Shown here: in pieces, positions 9,952 to 18,183 of the stretch
Position numbering within the stretch: position 1 is the first letter of the stretch
How the letters are laid out: each line of letters opens with the position of its first letter
Notes under the pieces: generated by a model
What the model was told of the DNA's origin: nothing
The model's database searches: none
The model's input: only the letters and a program-made list of their open reading frames with translations
Made by a program: the position numbers and the translations under genes
NCBI RefSeq assembly: GCF_030646015.1
Contig: NZ_JAUSLT010000067.1
Span: 27,484 to 91,483, forward strand
Length of the DNA stretch: 64,000 nt
Direction: 5' to 3'
Source: Bradyrhizobium sp.
Lineage (GTDB): Bacteria > Pseudomonadota > Alphaproteobacteria > Rhizobiales > Xanthobacteraceae

Positions 9952-11073
9952 ATGATTGCAATTCCTGATGGGATTTCCGTGAAGACCGAGTTGATTGACC
10001 GCATCTACGAATGCTCGTTTGTGCCGGAACTGTGGCCCGGCGTGCTGGACGAGCTGGCCCACCTCACGGATTCGCGTGGCGGCCTGTTGTTCTCGGCCCG
10101 CGACCGGGTCCTGAAATGGACCGCGTCCGCGAACTTGAACGATATTTTCCGGTCCTACGTCGAGGACGGGTGGTTTTCACGTTGTCCGCGCCGGATCTGC
10201 CTGTTTGGAAAGACGCTGCCGGCCTTCTTCGTCGAGCATGATTTCTGGACGCAGGAACAGCTCGACAGCAATCCGATCTACCGGGACTTCTTTCGCCCGC
10301 GCGGGCTCGGCTGGTCCGCCGGTACCGGTCTGCAATTGCCTACCGGCGATCATATCGTCTTCAGCATTGAGCGCGATCACAGCCGCGGACCGATCGAAAA
10401 AGAGCGAGTCGAATTGCTGAACGAGCTGCGCTCTCATCTGGCGCGCAGCGCCTTCGTTGCGGCCCGGCTGGGGTTGCAGCGCGCCAGGGGCGCCAAGGAG
10501 GCGCTGACAGCGATGGGATTGCCCGCGCTGCTGCTCGGCCAGGACGGCACGGTGATCGAAGCCAATCCCCTGATCGAGGATTTGCCCGACCATTTGCAAT
10601 GGCGTGCGCAAAACCGCATCGCGCTGGCGGATGGCCACGCCAACGAGCTGTTGCGGGCAGCGCTTGCCGCGCTCGATACCAATGCCGAATTGTCCGTCCG
10701 CTCGTTTCCGCTGCGTGACGCCGACGACAAAGCGGCCCTGGTGGTTCATCTCATTCCGATCCGGCGCTCCGCCCACGACATCTTTGCCGGCAGCTACGCG
10801 CTGCTGGTGGTGACGCCGGTGTCGGCCCCGGCAGCGCCGCCGGTAGAACTGATGCGCTCGCTGTTCGACCTGACCGTGTCGGAAGCCCGGGTGGCGCGGG
10901 GGCTTGCCGTCGGCGAGACTCTGGAGGAGATTGCCGTCAGCGGCGGGGTGGCCATCTCCACCGTCCGCTCGCAGCTGCGTCAGGTGCTGGAAAAAACCGG
11001 ATGCGCCCGCCAGGCCGAAGTGGTGTCGCTGCTGGCCAATGTCACGCTTGATCGCAGCACGGCGAGGAATTAG
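9952..11073 (+). CDS. LuxR-family transcriptional regulator
   Basis: C-terminal LuxR/FixJ HTH (LTVSEARVARGLAVGETLEEIAVSGGVAISTVRSQLRQVLEKTG). Co-directional with the lasso precursor ORF 94-112 nt downstream. Confidence 0.8.
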   Translation: MIAIPDGISVKTELIDRIYECSFVPELWPGVLDELAHLTDSRGGLLFSARDRVLKWTASANLNDIFRSYVEDGWFSRCPRRICLFGKTLPAFFVEHDFWTQEQLDSNPIYRDFFRPRGLGWSAGTGLQLPTGDHIVFSIERDHSRGPIEKERVELLNELRSHLARSAFVAARLGLQRARGAKEALTAMGLPALLLGQDGTVIEANPLIEDLPDHLQWRAQNRIALADGHANELLRAALAALDTNAELSVRSFPLRDADDKAALVVHLIPIRRSAHDIFAGSYALLVVTPVSAPAAPPVELMRSLFDLTVSEARVARGLAVGETLEEIAVSGGVAISTVRSQLRQVLEKTGCARQAEVVSLLANVTLDRSTARN

Positions 11074-11185
11074 CCTCGGATTCGGCGCGCCGCTTCATCT
11101 ATTTAGAGGATGACGCCCGGATTGGCCGACCGCACTATTGGCATGGCGTGATTTGCGCCTGAATCACATGAAATGGAGATATTTC

Positions 11186-11299
11186 GTGAAATCATACACC
11201 AAACCGACGCTCGTCAAGCTGGGTAGCCTCGCGCTGATCAAGTCCAATTCGACGGGACCGAGCACCGACGGCAAGAAGTATTCCGGCTTCTTCAAGTAA
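11186..11299 (+). CDS. putative lasso-peptide precursor (A peptide), 37 aa; not in the supplied ORF track
   Basis: GTG at 11186 lies 6 nt after GGAGA (11175-11179). An in-frame ATG at 11168 lacks an SD sequence. TAA stop at 11297-11299. Translation: VKSYTKPTLVKLGSLALIKSNSTGPSTDGKKYSGFFK. The leader matches the RRE-recognition motif Y-x2-P-x-L-x3-G. Third codon positions are GC-rich, and a hairpin plus T5 follows. Confidence 0.6.
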   Translation: MKSYTKPTLVKLGSLALIKSNSTGPSTDGKKYSGFFK

Positions 11300-11323
11300 G
11301 ACGGAAGCGTCGGCGAAATCCAG

Positions 11324-11355
11324 GCGGCGAGCTCCTCGCGGGCGCGCCGCTTTTT
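11324..11355 (+). terminator. putative rho-independent terminator after the precursor ORF
   Basis: GCGGCG...CGCCGC stem (11324-11350) followed by TTTTT (11351-11355). Confidence 0.45.
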
Positions 11356-11377
11356 CATGGCTAAAAGAGCTTCATGG

Positions 11378-13138
11378 TTACGAGGATCTGGCGGATATCA
11401 GCCCGGCGATCTCTCGTCCGATAGTCCGGTGGCCGACAAAAGCCTGCCGCCAGCCGAGATAGCCCATCAGGGCCATCGCCGAGCGGGTTGAGCTGGTCGC
11501 GATGCCGAACGAGAGCTGCTCCAGCGCGTAGTTCGCGGCCCGGCGGTCGATCCAGTCGTCGGGGGCCGTCCTGAGCAGGGCCGCGAAATACTCCCGCGCC
11601 TTGTTCACATAGGTCAGCTGAAATGAATTGAACACGAAGGTATCGTTCTGACGCCCGCGCAGGGATTCCGGCACGATGCCCTTCTGGGCTTCCCGCAGCA
11701 GCTCCTTGTAGCGGCCCTCGAAGTCATGGACGAGAAGGGCGCTCACCTCATCATAGACGAAGTCCAGCAACGGAAGATCGCAGAACGGCGAGGCGTCGGT
11801 CAGTCGCTTCGCGGCGAAATGGCTCTGCGTCACCGTCCGCGGCGCAGAAAAGTAACCCCAGTCATCGCAGATGATGCCGTCGCCGACCAATTCCCTTTCC
11901 CGGGTTTCACGCTCCGTCGAATAGGCGTGGAGAGTTCTGCCGCACCGCAGCCAGGGAACCGAATCGGTCAGCATGCGGCGCATGTTGACGTCGCTGACAT
12001 CGAACGGATTCCACCCCCTGTCGCCAAACATCCGGTTCAGCCGCTGGTGGATGCCTTCGGGAACGAGCGACAACAGGCTCTGCCAGCCGAGATTGGTGCG
12101 GCCGCGCGAAAGCAGCGCGCTGGCCGGGGGCAGGGCATTGGCGAAGTGCCGGTATTCCCGGCGCTGCAGCAGATAGGGAAGAAATGACGGCGCGCGCAGG
12201 AACAGCTGATCCGCGCCGAATCCGGTAAAGACCTGCGAGCCGGGTTCCGCCACATCGGCGACCGCTCGCGAAAACCAGTCGCCGAACCAGAAGAAATCGC
12301 TCGGCTCGTCGGAATAACCGGGGTTCTCGTCGACGCTGGTCGGAAGCTCTTCAGGGGGCATGACGACGAGATCGATCCCGTAGCGGTCCGCGACCTCGCG
12401 CGCATAGCCTTCGCTGATCGCGTGAGAGGGCAGGTTGGGCTGCGAGAACATCACGCCGCGAATACCAGAAGCCTGTTCGCCCAGCAGGCAGGCAATGAAG
12501 GACGAGTCGAGGCCGCCGGAGATCTCGACGCAAATTTTCGCATCCGGATTGGCTGCAAGGCGGCCCTTGATCGAGTCGCGCAGGATCGCCAGTATTTGCG
12601 GCGCAACGTCTTCGCGGCGCTGCGCGCCATCCAGCCGATAGCCGTAACGCCTTCGCACGAGTTGTTGCCGTGTAACGGGGCGACCAAGGCGAATCAATTC
12701 ACCGGGAAGGACCCTGCTGACATCAGCGAGAGGCGTTTCCGTGCTCAGGAACTGATAGCCGGGCACGAGCAGAACGTGCCTGGCGAAGTAATGTTCGTTC
12801 CAGCGGGAACTGGAAGCATCGAAGAAAAAGCCGAGGCGGTTGGCGACCGCGCCATCCCGCTCCCGATAGTAGATCTGATACTGCGACGTGAAGCTCTTGA
12901 ACGCGTAGGTGTCCTGATCCGTCACGATGATGGCGACGAAGTCGCCGACCGCCTTGGCGATCGCTGACGGACCCTCGCGATCAATCAGCGCGCCCAAATG
13001 ATCCAGCGCCCGACGCCTGACCTGGTTGTCGACCCGGAAGACGGCGCCCTCGATCAGAATTGTTCCCAAGGCACAATCAATCGTGCTGCAGTCTCGATCG
13101 GCGCTCCAGCGGGCTTTGGCAGCCGCGTTTGCGTTCAT
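11378..13138 (-). CDS. lasso peptide isopeptide-bond-forming cyclase (asparagine synthetase-like, McjC-type)
   Basis: 586 aa. PP-loop ATP-pyrophosphatase motif ICVEISGGLDSSFIACLL. Asn-synthase B-like architecture without a catalytic N-terminal Cys2. Sits next to the B1, B2 and D genes. Confidence 0.85.
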   Translation of the reverse strand: MNANAAAKARWSADRDCSTIDCALGTILIEGAVFRVDNQVRRRALDHLGALIDREGPSAIAKAVGDFVAIIVTDQDTYAFKSFTSQYQIYYRERDGAVANRLGFFFDASSSRWNEHYFARHVLLVPGYQFLSTETPLADVSRVLPGELIRLGRPVTRQQLVRRRYGYRLDGAQRREDVAPQILAILRDSIKGRLAANPDAKICVEISGGLDSSFIACLLGEQASGIRGVMFSQPNLPSHAISEGYAREVADRYGIDLVVMPPEELPTSVDENPGYSDEPSDFFWFGDWFSRAVADVAEPGSQVFTGFGADQLFLRAPSFLPYLLQRREYRHFANALPPASALLSRGRTNLGWQSLLSLVPEGIHQRLNRMFGDRGWNPFDVSDVNMRRMLTDSVPWLRCGRTLHAYSTERETRERELVGDGIICDDWGYFSAPRTVTQSHFAAKRLTDASPFCDLPLLDFVYDEVSALLVHDFEGRYKELLREAQKGIVPESLRGRQNDTFVFNSFQLTYVNKAREYFAALLRTAPDDWIDRRAANYALEQLSFGIATSSTRSAMALMGYLGWRQAFVGHRTIGREIAGLISARSS

Positions 13139-13204
13139 TGCAGGCTCCGATAGTTATCGGTTACTCTCCTGGGGCAGAGCAGTCTTACGGAAATCGTCGC
13201 ATTC

Positions 13205-13600
13205 ATGAGCGCATCAATTTTGTGTTTGTCCCATTTCTCCACGAAGCTTTTCGGGATTGACCGAGCCATCACTTTTTTCCGATGGCTGGGACGCGCCCGC
13301 GGGCCCGGCCGCTCGCCAAATGCAACAGCAGAGGATCTTGCCGGCCGCGCGATACGTGGCATGCAGCTATTGCCGCTCAGGATCGAGTGTCTCGATCAGG
13401 CGGTTGCTACGTGGTACGTCCTGAACCGTCATGGCCATCCGGCTTCCCTCAGGATCGGCATGCGGCTGTCGCCGCTGTCGGGCCACGCCTGGGTGATATG
13501 CAATGAGCAAACGTTCATAAAAACCCCCGGCATGGAAGATTTCACGGTCGTGGCTTCCTACCCGCCCTGGGTGGAAACCAGCTGCGTAAATTTCAACTGA
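13205..13600 (+). CDS. lasso peptide biosynthesis B2 protein (transglutaminase-like leader peptidase)
   Basis: LLPLRIECLDQAVATWYVLNRHGHPASLRIGMRLSPLSGHAWVICNEQTF matches the conserved C-L...G...L..G...HAW core of McjB C-terminal/B2 proteins. Confidence 0.8.
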   Translation: MSASILCLSHFSTKLFGIDRAITFFRWLGRARGPGRSPNATAEDLAGRAIRGMQLLPLRIECLDQAVATWYVLNRHGHPASLRIGMRLSPLSGHAWVICNEQTFIKTPGMEDFTVVASYPPWVETSCVNFN

Positions 13601-13830
13601 ACGAGTTCGGCAACGAGTTCTTCGAAGTCGTCCCGAATTTCCTGGCGCTCGGCGCCGTACTCGCCCGCCAGCCGATTGACGACTTCATCCAGGTCGGCCT
13701 CGAGCCCGAGCCGCAGCATCCGCGCAGCCGTTTCATTGAGGCCGTAGGAATCGCCTGTCTTCACCGAGAACAGGACGTCCTTTCCTTCGACATTGGTGAG
13801 CGTCGTGCCGGGAGCCAATCGAATATGCAT
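13558..13830 (-). CDS. lasso peptide biosynthesis B1 protein (PqqD-family RiPP recognition element)
   Basis: 90 aa. PqqD pattern: VEGKDVLFSVKTGDSYGLNETAARMLRL...LDEVVNRLAGEYG...EIRDDFEELVAELVQL. Confidence 0.75.
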   Translation of the reverse strand: MHIRLAPGTTLTNVEGKDVLFSVKTGDSYGLNETAARMLRLGLEADLDEVVNRLAGEYGAERQEIRDDFEELVAELVQLKFTQLVSTQGG

Positions 13831-13877
13831 TTTCCAACCGCTTTAAGATGAAGGAGCCTCAGGGAGAACCGTGGAAG

Positions 13878-15740
13878 TCAGGGGATTTGGAAATCAGGGG
13901 ATTTGGGCGGCGCGAAAGAAGAGTGTTCGCCGCCGGGGAGGCGTCCGCCTGTCTGATGTTGCCAGAGAGAGGCGTAAAGCCCCCCGCTGATGATGAGCTG
14001 TTCGTGCGATCCTTCCTCGAGAATGCGTCCCGCATCCAGTACGACAATCCTGTCCATTCGGGCCAGCGTCGAAAGCCGATGCGCAATGGTAATCACTGTT
14101 TTCCCCACCATCAGCGTGTCCAGCTGCTCCTGGATCGCGTGCTCCGCCTCGGAGTCGAGCGCCGCGGTGGCTTCGTCCAGCACCAGGATGGGGGCGTTCT
14201 TGAGCAGCGTGCGCGCCAGAATGATGCGCTGGCGTTGCCCGCCCGACAATTTCGCACCGCGCTCGCCGGCGCTTGAATCGAGCCCGGTGCGGCCGTCCTC
14301 GTCCTGTAGCTCCGACACGAATTGCGCGACCCGGGACTGGTTCAGCGCACGCTCGAGTTCGCCCGGCGTGGCATCGGGCTTGCCGCACATGATGTTGTCG
14401 CGAATGGAGCGGTGCAGCAGCGCCGTGTCCTGGGTGACGACCCCGATGCAGGATCGCAGGCTGTCCATCGAGACGTCCTGAATGCTTTGTCCGTCGATCA
14501 CGATGGAGCCGTCCTGGATATCGTAGAGCCGCAACAGAAGGCTGACGAGCGTCGACTTGCCCGCGCCGGATCGCCCGACAAGACCGACCCGCTCGCCCGG
14601 CGCCAGGGTCAGGGTAAATTGCTCGAACAGCGGGCGCTCGCTGGAGTACCCGAAACCGATTTGCCTGAACTCGATCGCGCCGGCCTTGATCTCCAGCGTC
14701 TTCGCGTTGGGCATATCGACCATCGTATTGGGCGCCGCGATCGACTCCATCCCTTGCTTAACGTCGCCGAGATTCTGGAATATGCCAGAGACCTCCCAGG
14801 CGACCCAGCCGCCGGTGCTTGCCAACTGCCATACCAGGGGCAGCGCCATCGCCACGGCCTCGGCTGGAATGGACTCGTTCAGCCACAGACTGACGCCGAT
14901 AACGCCGGTGCCTGTCAGCAGTGCCGTATTGAGAAGCGTCAGGCTGGTCATGAAGCCGGTGATGGCCTGCATGTGGCGCAGCTGGGTATCGTTGTGCGAC
15001 AGCAGCGCGCGGCGAACGTGATCGTTGTCGGTCGCGGCATAGGAGAAGAGTTTGATGGTGAGAATGTTGCTGTAGCAGTCGACGATCCCGGCCATCAAAT
15101 CCGAATAGGCCTGCGAACTGCCTTCGGCCCTTGTCCGCAGACGAGGCACATAATAACGCAGCAACAGGCCGTAGCCGCAAAACCAGCCCGCAATGGGAAG
15201 CGCCAGTCGCCAGTCCGCACCTGCAAGCAGGAAGGCGCTGGCGCCACCATACATCGCGAGATACCACACCGCGCGAATGGCGGCCTCGGCGGTTTCGCGC
15301 AAGGAGCCGGCGGTATGCATCACCCGGTGGGCGAGGCGGCCGGGAAAATCATTCTGGAAGAATTGCCAACTCTGGTTCACCACCAGCCAATGGCTGATCC
15401 AGCGCATGCGCGATGTGACGCCGGGAACGAGGTAGCTGTTTCGCAGATGCAGATCGAGATAGATCAGGGCAGGGCGGACGAGTCCGATCGCGACCAGAAG
15501 CGCGACAAGTGTCGGCCAACGCTCCAGCCAGGCCTGCCACCGGTCGGGCTGACCGACGAAAGCCACCACCTTGCCGACGAACACGGACACCATCGCGTCG
15601 GCGCAGGCGACGCCGAAGCCGCAGATGAACAGCCAGACGAAAATCTTCTTATGCTCGGCGAGAAAGTATCGGTAGAACGCGAATAACGAGGAACGGGGGA
15701 CGTCGGGCGGCGGGGCGGCGGCAATATCAATTTGGTTCAT
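13878..15740 (-). CDS. ABC transporter permease/ATP-binding protein (McjD-like lasso peptide exporter)
   Basis: 620 aa. N-terminal 6-TM exporter domain, Walker [10 protein letters not shown], signature LSGGQRQR and Walker B ILVLDEATAALD. Confidence 0.9.
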   Translation of the reverse strand: MNQIDIAAAPPPDVPRSSLFAFYRYFLAEHKKIFVWLFICGFGVACADAMVSVFVGKVVAFVGQPDRWQAWLERWPTLVALLVAIGLVRPALIYLDLHLRNSYLVPGVTSRMRWISHWLVVNQSWQFFQNDFPGRLAHRVMHTAGSLRETAEAAIRAVWYLAMYGGASAFLLAGADWRLALPIAGWFCGYGLLLRYYVPRLRTRAEGSSQAYSDLMAGIVDCYSNILTIKLFSYAATDNDHVRRALLSHNDTQLRHMQAITGFMTSLTLLNTALLTGTGVIGVSLWLNESIPAEAVAMALPLVWQLASTGGWVAWEVSGIFQNLGDVKQGMESIAAPNTMVDMPNAKTLEIKAGAIEFRQIGFGYSSERPLFEQFTLTLAPGERVGLVGRSGAGKSTLVSLLLRLYDIQDGSIVIDGQSIQDVSMDSLRSCIGVVTQDTALLHRSIRDNIMCGKPDATPGELERALNQSRVAQFVSELQDEDGRTGLDSSAGERGAKLSGGQRQRIILARTLLKNAPILVLDEATAALDSEAEHAIQEQLDTLMVGKTVITIAHRLSTLARMDRIVVLDAGRILEEGSHEQLIISGGLYASLWQHQTGGRLPGGEHSSFAPPKSPDFQIP

Positions 15741-16004
15741 AACACGTCGCTGGTTCGGCGAGACAATCGGCCCGCTTGTGTTCCCGGCGTCGTGGCCCGC
15801 GCCGAGATTCGATATGGCGTTCTTCTACATGGCGAAGAGGGACCTTGTCCGAGGAATCGGCGCTGCGCGCGGCGATATATTTCGGTCGTTTTCATCAATT
15901 TAGGGGATGCGGCCCCGACGGACCGACCGCACGGTTGGCGTGACAACAGCTGTCACCAGCCTCCGGCGAGCCGGAGCTGGCGTTCCCAACAGGAGGAGAA
16001 TTCC

Positions 16005-16151
16005 ATGATTCGCTTTTCAGCTCTGGTTGCCGCTGCGTTTGCGCTCGCGGTTTTCGTCGGCGGATCGCTGGCACAGGCCCAGACCGCCTCGGACCCGAAG
16101 AGCCAGCCCGGCAGCGGCCAGTGCCGACTGTCAAACGGGCAACGCTGCTAG
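16005..16151 (+). CDS. small secreted peptide with C-terminal Cys-x7-Cys (48 aa)
   Basis: ATG at 16005 lies 6 nt after AGGAGGAG. Sequence MIRFSALVAAAFALAVFVGGSLAQA|QTASDPKSQPGSGQCRLSNGQRC, with a predicted Sec signal ending AQA. Confidence 0.5.
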   Translation: MIRFSALVAAAFALAVFVGGSLAQAQTASDPKSQPGSGQCRLSNGQRC

Positions 16152-16180
16152 GCTGACGTGACTTGCGCCAATCCGCTCAC

Positions 16181-17002
16181 CTATCGAATAAACGATCCCC
16201 ATAGCGCGGCATTGGCCAGCGTTCCCAGTTCATTCATGTGGCAACCGTCATGCGGATTGCGGCCGTCGTTGCCGATCAAATCGGTGTCCGGCCCTGGCCG
16301 AATGTTCAGTTGATCGTTGACGGCGGACAGCTGGGCGGCGCGAACGGCCGCGACGTTGGTGGGCGCGTACACATCGCACTTGGTGGTGCGCGACAGATAG
16401 AAGGGCGCATCAAACCCGGCCGCGCGAAATCGTTTGACGAATTGATGCAGCAGCGAAACATATTGCTGCTGCGTCGTGGTCAGGATCGCGTCCTTTTCGC
16501 CCTGCTGAACCAGAAAGTGGGTTGGCCGGAGTTTTGCGGCCTGAAGGGCTGACATGGCGCGGTCGATCCGCTCGGCGTGCTCGTTGTTCAGCGCCGACAG
16601 CGATGCGCCTTCCACGGCAAAGGATGCGACGATGACGCGATCATACCGTCCCGCCTGGATCAGGAGGTCGCCAAGGCGCGTTCCGAAGTTGCCGCCGGCG
16701 CCATCGGCCCCCAGCAGCGGATCGGCAGCCGCGAAGCATTTGCCCGAAGCGGGGTCGAAATTGTCAACGGCTTCACGGGCGGAGTATCGGGTGTTGCCGT
16801 AATTGGCCGCGTTGCTTTGGCCCAGCAGCACGATCACGGCCGTTCGATCGGAATCCGGCAGGCAAGGTCGTTCAATCCGCGGGAGCGGCGGGAGCGCGGT
16901 CAGATTGATCTGGCTGCTGCGGGGACTGACGAGATGGCTGCCGATCGCACCAATCAGCACGCCACCGATCAGGAACGCGAGATTGCGTCGCATTGGAATC
17001 AT
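16181..17002 (-). CDS. SGNH/sialate-O-acetylesterase-like hydrolase (secreted or membrane-anchored)
   Basis: Internal ATG at 17002 overlaps the upstream stop (ATGA). N-terminal TM/signal segment. GQSNA motif (VLLGQSNAANYG) typical of DUF303/sialate O-acetylesterase-type SGNH enzymes, and a C-terminal DGCHMN motif. Confidence 0.6.
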   Translation of the reverse strand: MIPMRRNLAFLIGGVLIGAIGSHLVSPRSSQINLTALPPLPRIERPCLPDSDRTAVIVLLGQSNAANYGNTRYSAREAVDNFDPASGKCFAAADPLLGADGAGGNFGTRLGDLLIQAGRYDRVIVASFAVEGASLSALNNEHAERIDRAMSALQAAKLRPTHFLVQQGEKDAILTTTQQQYVSLLHQFVKRFRAAGFDAPFYLSRTTKCDVYAPTNVAAVRAAQLSAVNDQLNIRPGPDTDLIGNDGRNPHDGCHMNELGTLANAALWGSFIR

Positions 17003-18183
17003 GACACCGCTGGAACGAGGACCGGCTTGTCGGTCGCGTGGCGTGCTTTCTTCAATCTGTTCTGCCGCCATCGATCGATCGGTGCCTCGACCCATCTGTA
17101 AAGCATGATCGAGGCGATCAGGGACATCGCCAATGCGAGGCACGCGCCCGCAATGGTCTCCGGCAGCAATATCCATCCAAACAGGAAGTGACAGATATAG
17201 AGCGGGTACGACAGTTCGCCGAGATGCCGGTCCCAGGCGATATCACGGGTCGATTCGAACAGGCGCGGCACGCCGATGATGACGGCGCAGAGCAGCGACA
17301 ACGATGCCAGCCGCGAAACGCCATCCCATTTGCTCAGGGCCAGCGCAGCGAACAATGACACCGCCGCGGTCGAGAGCAGGCGATACACCTGCTTGCGCTC
17401 CTCGTCGGTCCGCGAAACATAGGCGTAGTAACCGAGCGAACCCGTCAGGAACAGCGCGATCTCGGAGGGAAAGAACCGGTACGTCCATGGTTCTCCACTG
17501 AAGCCGAAGCCCCAGAGCAGCGCGATCCGCAGGATCAGGCTCCCGGCGATGGCTGCCGCAATGACGAGGGGTCCGCGTCGCACAACGAATGGCGCGAGCA
17601 GGTAGAAATAGAATTCCAGCCCCAGCGTCCACGCCTGGGGAATCGGCGCGAACGTATACAGCAGGCCCGACATCCCGCCTGGATGCAGCGTGGAGGCCAA
17701 TGCGCCATTGCTGATGAACAGGAAGAAGTAGATCTCCTGACCGACGATGAAGATCTGCGACCCTATCCAGAACGCCAGACCGGGCAGGTCCAGCGCAGCA
17801 ATCGGCCCCCAATTGGGGGCCACCGCGAGCGACAGAACCAGCACGACGGCATAGGTTGGCCAGAGTCTCAGCACGCGATTGGAGATGAACAGAAAATACG
17901 AGCCGGGCCCATATTTTTCATTCAAGACCAGCGCCATGTAGAAGCCGGAGATGACGAAGAAGCTCTGTACCGCGATGTCGCTGGTCGGAAATCCGAGCGG
18001 GATCCCGAAATGGACGAGCACGACGGAAAGCGCGAGAAACAATCGAAGGCTGCCCATGGATAAATGTTGGCGGGACAATCTTGAGGAAGTCTTAATGATT
18101 CTCGAAAACCTGGCGCGGCCAGAGCTTTCGCGGCGTCCTGTTTCCCGCCCTGGGCTAGGAGTTGCGTCTGCCGAACAGGACAT
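16999..18183 (-). CDS. acyltransferase-3 family membrane O-acyltransferase (start uncertain: 18183 or ATG at 18057)
   Basis: Multi-TM protein. LRLFLALSVVLVHF...QSFFVISGFYMA is typical of the acyltransferase_3 family. Confidence 0.8.
   Translation of the reverse strand: MSCSADATPSPGRETGRRESSGRARFSRIIKTSSRLSRQHLSMGSLRLFLALSVVLVHFGIPLGFPTSDIAVQSFFVISGFYMALVLNEKYGPGSYFLFISNRVLRLWPTYAVVLVLSLAVAPNWGPIAALDLPGLAFWIGSQIFIVGQEIYFFLFISNGALASTLHPGGMSGLLYTFAPIPQAWTLGLEFYFYLLAPFVVRRGPLVIAAAIAGSLILRIALLWGFGFSGEPWTYRFFPSEIALFLTGSLGYYAYVSRTDEERKQVYRLLSTAAVSLFAALALSKWDGVSRLASLSLLCAVIIGVPRLFESTRDIAWDRHLGELSYPLYICHFLFGWILLPETIAGACLALAMSLIASIMLYRWVEAPIDRWRQNRLKKARHATDKPVLVPAVS

Noticed and set aside
11164-11358. 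64-aa minus-strand ORF just downstream of the lasso cyclase, a tempting precursor candidate because it is co-directional with C.
   Set aside because: It has no RBS, AT-rich third codon positions (several TTG, TAT, AAA, GAT codons), and no leader motif or plausible core. The opposite strand encodes a peptide with the Y-x2-P-x-L-x3-G leader, a good SD sequence and a terminator.
13135-13362. 75-aa minus-strand ORF whose stop overlaps the cyclase ATG (ATGA), suggesting a coupled upstream gene or precursor.
   Set aside because: It lies antisense to the B2 protease gene, whose C-L...HAW signature is convincing. Its sequence is Arg/Pro-rich with no lasso leader features. The ATGA overlap is most likely coincidental.
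14322-15686. 454-aa plus-strand ORF. Similar long shadows occur at 2707-3810, 24023-24892, 32414-33661, 34320-35687, 40195-41085, 46017-47096, 49664-51253 and 52447-53712.
   Set aside because: All are antisense or out-of-frame to genes with strong family signatures. All show the Arg/Gly/Pro/Ala bias typical of non-coding frames in GC-rich DNA.
18155-18183. 29-bp overlap between the methyltransferase 3' end and the longest acyltransferase ORF, which could indicate a programmed overlap or frameshift.
   Set aside because: An internal ATG at 18057 (MGSLRLFLALSVVLVHF) gives a normal acyltransferase-3 N-terminus without any overlap. The start simply cannot be resolved from sequence alone.
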